Positions 39,755 to 45,076 of a stretch of DNA of 45,076 bases are shown here, piece by piece. A program made the position numbers and the translations under genes. This DNA comes from Actinomycetes bacterium. GTDB lineage: Bacteria > Actinomycetota > Actinomycetes > JACCUZ01. The stretch spans positions 1 to 45,076 of the forward strand of contig DASTVO010000152.1 of the NCBI GenBank assembly GCA_035759075.1, written 5' to 3'. Positions within the stretch are counted from its first letter, which is position 1, and each line of letters begins with the position of its first letter. Below the pieces are notes generated by a model. That model did no database searches. It was not told the origin of the DNA and saw nothing but the letters and a program-made list of their open reading frames with translations.

Positions 39755-42583
39755 TCAGAGCGTGCCGATCGCGCGCTCGCGCAGGGCCCGTCGGTGCGCC
39801 TCGAGGGCGACCAGCTCGCCGAAGAGACGGTTGTACTCCGCCACCTGCTCGACCGGGTTCAGCCGCTGGAGCCGGGACTTCACCTCGGCGATCCGTCGTG
39901 TCGCGGCCAGCTCCTCCAGCCGGGCGAGCACCTCTGTCGCGTACCGGGTGAGGCCCTGCTCCTCCGACGGCAGCGCCTCCACCGCGAGCTCGCGCACCAT
40001 CGCGCGCACGGCGTCGTCGGCGGCCTCGTCGCCCACACGCGACACCCAGGCGGCGCCCCCCGTGCCGGCTGCGGCAACACCTCCGGCGGCGCGGACCGCG
40101 TCGCGGACCGAGGAGTACGCGGGGGCGGTGAACACCGAGTCGTCGAGCTCGTCGAAGGTGGCCGCCGCCAGCGCCGGCGCCTGCAGGACGACCTTGAGGC
40201 TGTCCCGCTCCACCCGCAGCGCGGGGTCGTGGGGGTCGGGCGCGGCGGCTCGGGCCGACCGCTCGCCGTTCGCCGGCGCCGCGGCGCCCGGGGCAGGCGT
40301 ACGTCGCGCGGTGCCGCCCGCCTGCGCAACCGCCCGGGCCACCGGCTCGACCTCCATGCCCAGCCAGCCGGCCAGCGTGCGCGCGTACTCCGGACGCAGC
40401 GACTGGTCGCGGATGGAGGCGACCACGGGCGCCGCGGCCTGCAGCGCGGAGACGCGGCCCTCGGGGGTGTCGAGGTCGAACCGGCCGATGGTCGAGCGCA
40501 GGGCGAACTCGAAGAGCGGCACCCGGCGGGCGATCAGGTCGCGGACCGCCGTGTCGCCCTTGTGCTGGCGCAGCTCGCAGGGGTCCATGCCGCTGGGCTC
40601 GACCGCGACGAAGGTCTGCGTGACGAACTTCTGGTCGTCCTGGAACGCCTTGAGCGCGGCGTTCTGGCCCGCCGAGTCGCCGTCGAAGGTGAAGACCACC
40701 TCGCCGCGGAACTCGTTCTGGTCCATCAGCAGCCGGCGCAACACCTTGATGTGCTCGTCGCCGAACGCCGTGCCGCAGGTCGCGATCGCCGTCTCGACGC
40801 CGGCGAGGTGACAGGCCATCACATCGGTGTAGCCCTCGACGACAACGGCCTGCATACGGCGCGCGATCTCGCGCTTGGCGAGGTCGACGCCGTAGAGCAC
40901 GGTCGACTTCTTGTAGATCGGAGTCTCGGGGGTGTTGAGGTACTTCGGCCCCTGGTCGTCGTCGAAGAGCCTGCGGGCGCCGAACCCGATGACCTCGTCG
41001 GACATGTTGCGGATCGGCCAGATCAGCCGGCCCCGGAACCGGTCGTACACGCCGCCACCCTGGCGCTGGCTGACCAGCCCGCCGGCCAGGAGCTCCTGGT
41101 CGGTGAACCGGCGGCCGCGCAGGTGGGTGGTCAGCGCGTCCCAGCCCTGTGGCGCGAACCCGACGCCAAACTTCTCCGCCGCGGCCTGGTCGAAGCCGCG
41201 CTCGGCGAGGAACTGGCGGCCCACCTTGGCGCCCGGGCCGGCGAGCTGTTCGACGAAGAACTCCGCGGCCGCCGTGTGCGCCTCGATCAACCGGGACCGC
41301 TGTCCCTGCTGCCGTCCGGGGGTGACGCCGCCCTCCTCGTAGCGCAGGGTCACGCCGGTGCGGCCGGCGAGGCGCTCGATGGTCTCGGCGAAGGACAGGT
41401 GGTCGATCTTCATGACGAAGGAGATGACGTCGCCGCCTTCCCCGCAGCCGAAGCAGTTCCCCGTGAGGATGTTGTCTTCCAGCACGAAGGCGTGTCCGTG
41501 CTCGACCTCGGCGCAGAAGACTTCCTCGACCCGGTCGCTCGGCTCCACCGACTGCACGACCCACCCGCGACGGGCGAAGGCCTTGTGCTGCGAGGCGAAC
41601 CGGAACCGGTGCTGCTCGAGCAGGAAGAAGTCCTCCGGAAGGCTGTCGTTGACCAGGTGCAGGCGGTGAACCGCGGACGGTTCGCGGCCGGGGAAGCCCT
41701 CGCGGATCTGCGTCGTGATCCCGTACGTGGAAATGCCCAGCCGCGTGCACATGTTGCGGACGAACTCGAGATCGCCTCGATCAGCCGAGTTGAGGATCAC
41801 GGTCCCGTCCTCAGCAACGCAGCCATCTGCCGCGAAGTAGCCGGCGAGCCACCCGAGCAGGTACGCGGCCGACTCGTCGAGGCTCGGCAGGTCCTTGAAG
41901 TACGCCGGGAGCCCGAACGCGAGCGTCCGGTCCGGGTCGGTGTACTGGGCTGTCGGGCTCAGCGGGAACCATTTGAGAAGTGCGTCGTCCTTGCCGGGTG
42001 CGAACATCGCGACGCTGCCTTGTCCGAGCCGCGTGCCGTCCCCATAGGTGAAGCCATGCGCCACCCCGAAGGCCGACAGCGTCGTACGCGCGATCCGCGA
42101 CCGCGGGTACACGTACGCGAGCCGGTCTCCCGTCTTGAGGTGCTTGCTCAGTACCTCGCGTGTCCCCTGCCGGGCCGCGCCGGACCTGACGAACCACCGA
42201 TGCTCATCGGTGGCGTAGATCTCCTTCTTCTGCCGGTTCCGGGTCAGCGTGATCCGCATGAGAGGCATGACGCCATAGGACCGGAACGGGGCTGTGACCC
42301 AGTCGCCGCGGCGGTTGAGCACGCGGTGCTCCGAGCCCGCGAGCTCGGAGATCGGCCGCGGCCCGTCCCAGGTCAGGACGCGGGTCTCGCCCGCCAGGCA
42401 GTGGAAGGACCCGACCGAGGGGCGTACCGAGAAGGACGGGCTCTTCTCGTCGTGGAACGGGCAGAGTCCCTTGAGGTTGCCGCCTCCGGCGGGGCGGAGC
42501 GTCACCACGTCGCCGATCACGTCGGCGATGTCCGCGCGCTCCTTGACGAGGGCGACGTCCTCGTCCCGGATCCGGCCTGCCAC
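39755..42583 (-). CDS. dnaG: DNA primase DnaG, interrupted by an intein
   Basis: 942 aa with a GTG start. The zinc-finger halves CPFHDEKSPSF..SFH and CFGCGEGGDVISF are separated by 315 aa. TOPRIM (EGYTDV, DGDSAG) and the C-terminal DnaB-interaction region are present. Confidence 0.95.
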   Translation of the reverse strand: MAGRIRDEDVALVKERADIADVIGDVVTLRPAGGGNLKGLCPFHDEKSPSFSVRPSVGSFHCLAGETRVLTWDGPRPISELAGSEHRVLNRRGDWVTAPFRSYGVMPLMRITLTRNRQKKEIYATDEHRWFVRSGAARQGTREVLSKHLKTGDRLAYVYPRSRIARTTLSAFGVAHGFTYGDGTRLGQGSVAMFAPGKDDALLKWFPLSPTAQYTDPDRTLAFGLPAYFKDLPSLDESAAYLLGWLAGYFAADGCVAEDGTVILNSADRGDLEFVRNMCTRLGISTYGITTQIREGFPGREPSAVHRLHLVNDSLPEDFFLLEQHRFRFASQHKAFARRGWVVQSVEPSDRVEEVFCAEVEHGHAFVLEDNILTGNCFGCGEGGDVISFVMKIDHLSFAETIERLAGRTGVTLRYEEGGVTPGRQQGQRSRLIEAHTAAAEFFVEQLAGPGAKVGRQFLAERGFDQAAAEKFGVGFAPQGWDALTTHLRGRRFTDQELLAGGLVSQRQGGGVYDRFRGRLIWPIRNMSDEVIGFGARRLFDDDQGPKYLNTPETPIYKKSTVLYGVDLAKREIARRMQAVVVEGYTDVMACHLAGVETAIATCGTAFGDEHIKVLRRLLMDQNEFRGEVVFTFDGDSAGQNAALKAFQDDQKFVTQTFVAVEPSGMDPCELRQHKGDTAVRDLIARRVPLFEFALRSTIGRFDLDTPEGRVSALQAAAPVVASIRDQSLRPEYARTLAGWLGMEVEPVARAVAQAGGTARRTPAPGAAAPANGERSARAAAPDPHDPALRVERDSLKVVLQAPALAAATFDELDDSVFTAPAYSSVRDAVRAAGGVAAAGTGGAAWVSRVGDEAADDAVRAMVRELAVEALPSEEQGLTRYATEVLARLEELAATRRIAEVKSRLQRLNPVEQVAEYNRLFGELVALEAHRRALRERAIGTL
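41456..42400 (-). mobile_element. Intein (315 aa) with LAGLIDADG homing-endonuclease domain inside dnaG
   Basis: Block A is CLAGETRVL, block B is ATDEHRWF, and the LAGLIDADG motifs are HGFTYGDGT and LAGYFAADG. Blocks F/G are VFCAEVEHGHAFVLEDNILTGN, followed by the +1 Cys. Removing aa 62-376 restores the canonical FHCFGCGEGGD. Confidence 0.85.
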
Positions 42584-42665
42584 GGTCGCGCAGTCTACGT
42601 GCGCCGGGCGAAGCGCCCGCCCGCCTCACCCACAGCCGGGCCGCCTGGTCCGGGCTGTGGTGGGG

Positions 42666-43895
42666 CTAGGGGGTCGGGAGCGGGGTGCCGGGGTCGGCGA
42701 GGGCGGCGGGGTCCACCTCGGCGCGTACGCGGGCGAGCGCCTTGATCGCGTCGGCGGCGTCCCAGTCGTTGACGTTCATGCCGGCCAGCACCCGGCCCTC
42801 GCGCAGCCAGAACGCGCACCACTGCTCCCCCGAGGGGTCGCCGCGCAGCACGACCTGGTCGGCCCCGTCCCGGTCGACGTAGCCGTGGTACTCCATCGAG
42901 ATGTCGTACTGGTCGGTGAAGAAGTACGGCAGCTTCGCGTACGGCTCGCCCTTGCCGGCCATCGACAGCCCGGCCGCCTTGCCCTGGTTGGAGGCGTTCG
43001 CCCAGTGCTCGACCCGCAGTCGCGTGCCGAGCAGTGCGTTCGCCGCGTTCGCGACGTCGCCGGCGGCGAACACGTCGGGGTCCGACGTGCGCAGCATCTC
43101 GTCGACCACGATCCCGTTCTCCACCTCCAGCCCGGCGGTCTCCGCGAGCTGGGTGTTGGGCTTGATGCCGACCCCGACGAGCACCAGGTCGGCGGGGTGG
43201 ACCGTGCCGTCGGAGGTACGGACGCCCGTGACCCTCCCGCCGTCACCCTCGAAGCGGTCGACCCCGAGCCCGGTCCGCAGGTCGACGCCGTGGTCGCGGT
43301 GGCGGGCGGCGAAGATCTCGCCGACCTCGCGGCCGAGCACCGCGTAGAGCGGGGTCGGCTGCGGCTCGACCAGCAGCACGTCGACACCGTGGTGGCGCGC
43401 CGCCGCGGCCACCTCGAGCCCGATCCAGCCGCCCCCGACCACCACGAGGGAGCCGCCGCCCGACGCGAGCCGGTCGCGCAGCGCCTCCGCCTGTCCGAGC
43501 CGACGCAGGTAGCTGATGCCCTCCAGGTCTCCCCCGGCGACGTCCAGCCGGCGCGGCGAGGACCCGGTCGTGAGCAGCAGCCGGTCGTAGCCGAGCCGTT
43601 CGCCACCCGCCAGCTCGACGAGCCGCTTCTCCCGGTGCAGCGCGGTCGCGGCCGCGCCCAGGCGCAGCTCGACCTCGTGGTCCGCGTACCACCCCTCGTC
43701 GTGGACGTAGGCCTTCTCGCGACCCTTCTCACCCTTGAGCAGCTCCTTGGACAGCGGCGGCCGCTCGTAGGGCCGCTCCCGCTCGTCCCCCACGAGCACC
43801 ACGCGACCGTCGAAGCCGGCGTCGCGCAGAGCCTCCGCGGCCTTGGCACCCGCCAGGCTCGCGCCGACGATCACGTACGCGGTCTCCGCTGCCAT
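42666..43895 (-). CDS. FAD-dependent NAD(P)H oxidoreductase (ferredoxin-reductase family)
   Basis: 409 aa. The FAD dinucleotide fold is VIVGASLAGAKAAEAL, followed by ERPPLSK. The second Rossmann motif is VVVGGGWIGLEVAA, and GDVA is also present. Confidence 0.9.
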   Translation of the reverse strand: MAAETAYVIVGASLAGAKAAEALRDAGFDGRVVLVGDERERPYERPPLSKELLKGEKGREKAYVHDEGWYADHEVELRLGAAATALHREKRLVELAGGERLGYDRLLLTTGSSPRRLDVAGGDLEGISYLRRLGQAEALRDRLASGGGSLVVVGGGWIGLEVAAAARHHGVDVLLVEPQPTPLYAVLGREVGEIFAARHRDHGVDLRTGLGVDRFEGDGGRVTGVRTSDGTVHPADLVLVGVGIKPNTQLAETAGLEVENGIVVDEMLRTSDPDVFAAGDVANAANALLGTRLRVEHWANASNQGKAAGLSMAGKGEPYAKLPYFFTDQYDISMEYHGYVDRDGADQVVLRGDPSGEQWCAFWLREGRVLAGMNVNDWDAADAIKALARVRAEVDPAALADPGTPLPTP

Positions 43896-43927
43896 CTCGC
43901 CTCAGTCCTCTCGTCCGTACGGCTCAG

Positions 43928-45076
43928 TCAAGCCGACCGCAACCTGGCGTGCAGGGCGATGGCCGACGTGTCGGTCAGCGACGCGACCTGGTCGAGCACG
44001 ACCCGCCGACGTGCCGCGTCCGACGTCGCCGCGGCGAACGCCTCACGCAGCAACGGGTCCAAAGACTCCGGCGCCCGCGCGGTGAGCAGGTCGACCAGCT
44101 CCAGCACCAGCTCGGTCTGCGTGGCGTAGCGGCGGGTCGCCTCCGGCCCGGACATGACGTAACGGTCTGCGACCGCCTTGAGCACCTCGCACTCGAGGCG
44201 CACGTCGGAGGGCACCACGAGGTCGGCGTCGTAGCCGGAGAGCGGCCCCGCGCCGAAGGCCTCCCTGGTCGCCGACTCGGCCGCGCGGGCGAAGCGCCCG
44301 ATCAGCTGGCTGGTCAGGTTCTTCAGCGCCGCCAGCGCTCGGTGCGAGCCGTCGTAGGACGCCGGCCAGAACGGCAGCCTGACCAGCCGGCCCAGCGCCG
44401 CACCGACCTCGTCCGGGGTCGCCGACGGGTAGCGCAGCGCGACCAGCGACGTCAGCTCGGCCCGCTCGTCGCCGTCGGCCAGCTGCTCCAGCCGGACGTG
44501 CCCGGCGTGCACCGCGTCCTCCAGGTCGTGCACGGAGTATGCGATGTCGTCGGCCCAGTCCATGACCTGCGCCTCGAGGCAACGCGCGCGGTCCGGAGCC
44601 CCGGCGCGGAACCAGTCGAACACTTCCCGGTCGTCGTCGTAGACGCCGAACTTGTGCTCGTCCTGCTCGCGTCCCCACGGGTACTTGCAGGACGCGTCGA
44701 GGGCGGCCCGGGTGAGGTTCAGCCCGACGCTGCGGCCCGCCGGCGAGAACGTCTTCGCCTCGAGCCTGGTGAGGATCCGCAGGCTTTGCGCGTTCCCCTC
44801 GAACCCGCCGCAGCCCGCCGCGACGGAGGCCAGCGCCGCCTCACCGGTGTGCCCGAACGGCGGGTGGCCGAGGTCGTGCGCCAGGCACGCCGTCTCGACG
44901 AGGTCCGGGTCGGCGCCGAGGACCTGACCGATGCCGCGGCCGATCTGGGCGCACTCCAGGGAGTGCGTCAGCCGGGTCCGGGGGAAGTCGCTCTCCCCGG
45001 GCACCACGACCTGTGTCTTGCCGGCGAGCCGGCGCAGCGCCGACGAGTGCAGGACGCGGGCGCGGTCGCGCTCGTA
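43928..45076 (-). CDS. dgt: dGTP triphosphohydrolase-like HD-domain protein (5' end outside the window)
   Basis: The reading frame stays open to the window edge ([23 protein letters not shown]..). The HD motif is [12 protein letters not shown], and the C-terminal family region is full length. Confidence 0.9.
   Translation of the reverse strand, partial: YERDRARVLHSSALRRLAGKTQVVVPGESDFPRTRLTHSLECAQIGRGIGQVLGADPDLVETACLAHDLGHPPFGHTGEAALASVAAGCGGFEGNAQSLRILTRLEAKTFSPAGRSVGLNLTRAALDASCKYPWGREQDEHKFGVYDDDREVFDWFRAGAPDRARCLEAQVMDWADDIAYSVHDLEDAVHAGHVRLEQLADGDERAELTSLVALRYPSATPDEVGAALGRLVRLPFWPASYDGSHRALAALKNLTSQLIGRFARAAESATREAFGAGPLSGYDADLVVPSDVRLECEVLKAVADRYVMSGPEATRRYATQTELVLELVDLLTARAPESLDPLLREAFAAATSDAARRRVVLDQVASLTDTSAIALHARLRSA

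Overview
This is a very GC-rich chromosomal window that looks actinobacterial. I count about 45 credible protein genes and 3 tRNAs, and I see no rRNA, CRISPR array, transposase or integrase. All calls were made by eye from the ORF translations and the DNA. No database search was possible, so family names rest on recognised motifs and on remembered synteny.

Layout:
- (1) 1-22.3 kb is a housekeeping block. From memory its order matches the Mycobacterium tuberculosis Rv2228c-Rv2247 region. It contains RNase H/phosphatase fusion, a zinc-ribbon protein, Nif3, tRNA-Val, AhpE, DUF3052, AceE, a PucR-type FasR/MabR regulator and a fatty-acid synthesis operon fabD-fabH-acpP-fabF-accD6. Interspersed genes are two F420/LLM oxidoreductases, a CoA-transferase, a pirin, a PHP protein, YjbQ and a VOC protein.
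- (2) 22.3-35.9 kb is a stress/signalling region that looks accessory. It has two STAS proteins, a PKD-like membrane protein, three tandem-domain universal stress proteins and a Crp/Fnr regulator. These are followed by a 70-aa protein made of 16-aa repeats, then a convergent operon of cNMP-binding protein, GAF protein and leaderless S8 subtilase. That operon is divergent from a class III cyclase fused to a STAND ATPase and TPR array. A secreted orphan P-domain/Ig protein and an alpha/beta hydrolase complete the region.
- (3) 35.9-45.1 kb holds tRNA-Met, tRNA-Asn, a YtxH-like protein, a bacterial type IB topoisomerase, a principal-like sigma factor, a cupin remnant, dnaG, a ferredoxin-reductase-like flavoprotein and a partial dgt.

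Observations most worth follow-up:
- The cyclase-STAND / cNMP-binding / GAF / S8 protease module and its neighbouring KR-containing repeat peptide. This is a candidate cyclic-nucleotide-controlled protease system.
- The GAF/S8 junction. S8 has no canonical start codon there, and a G5 run would allow a -1 shift that fuses the two proteins.
- A 315-aa LAGLIDADG intein in dnaG, inserted exactly at a zinc-ligand Cys of the primase zinc finger.
- A FabD with a C-terminal biotinyl/lipoyl-like domain that lacks the modifiable Lys.
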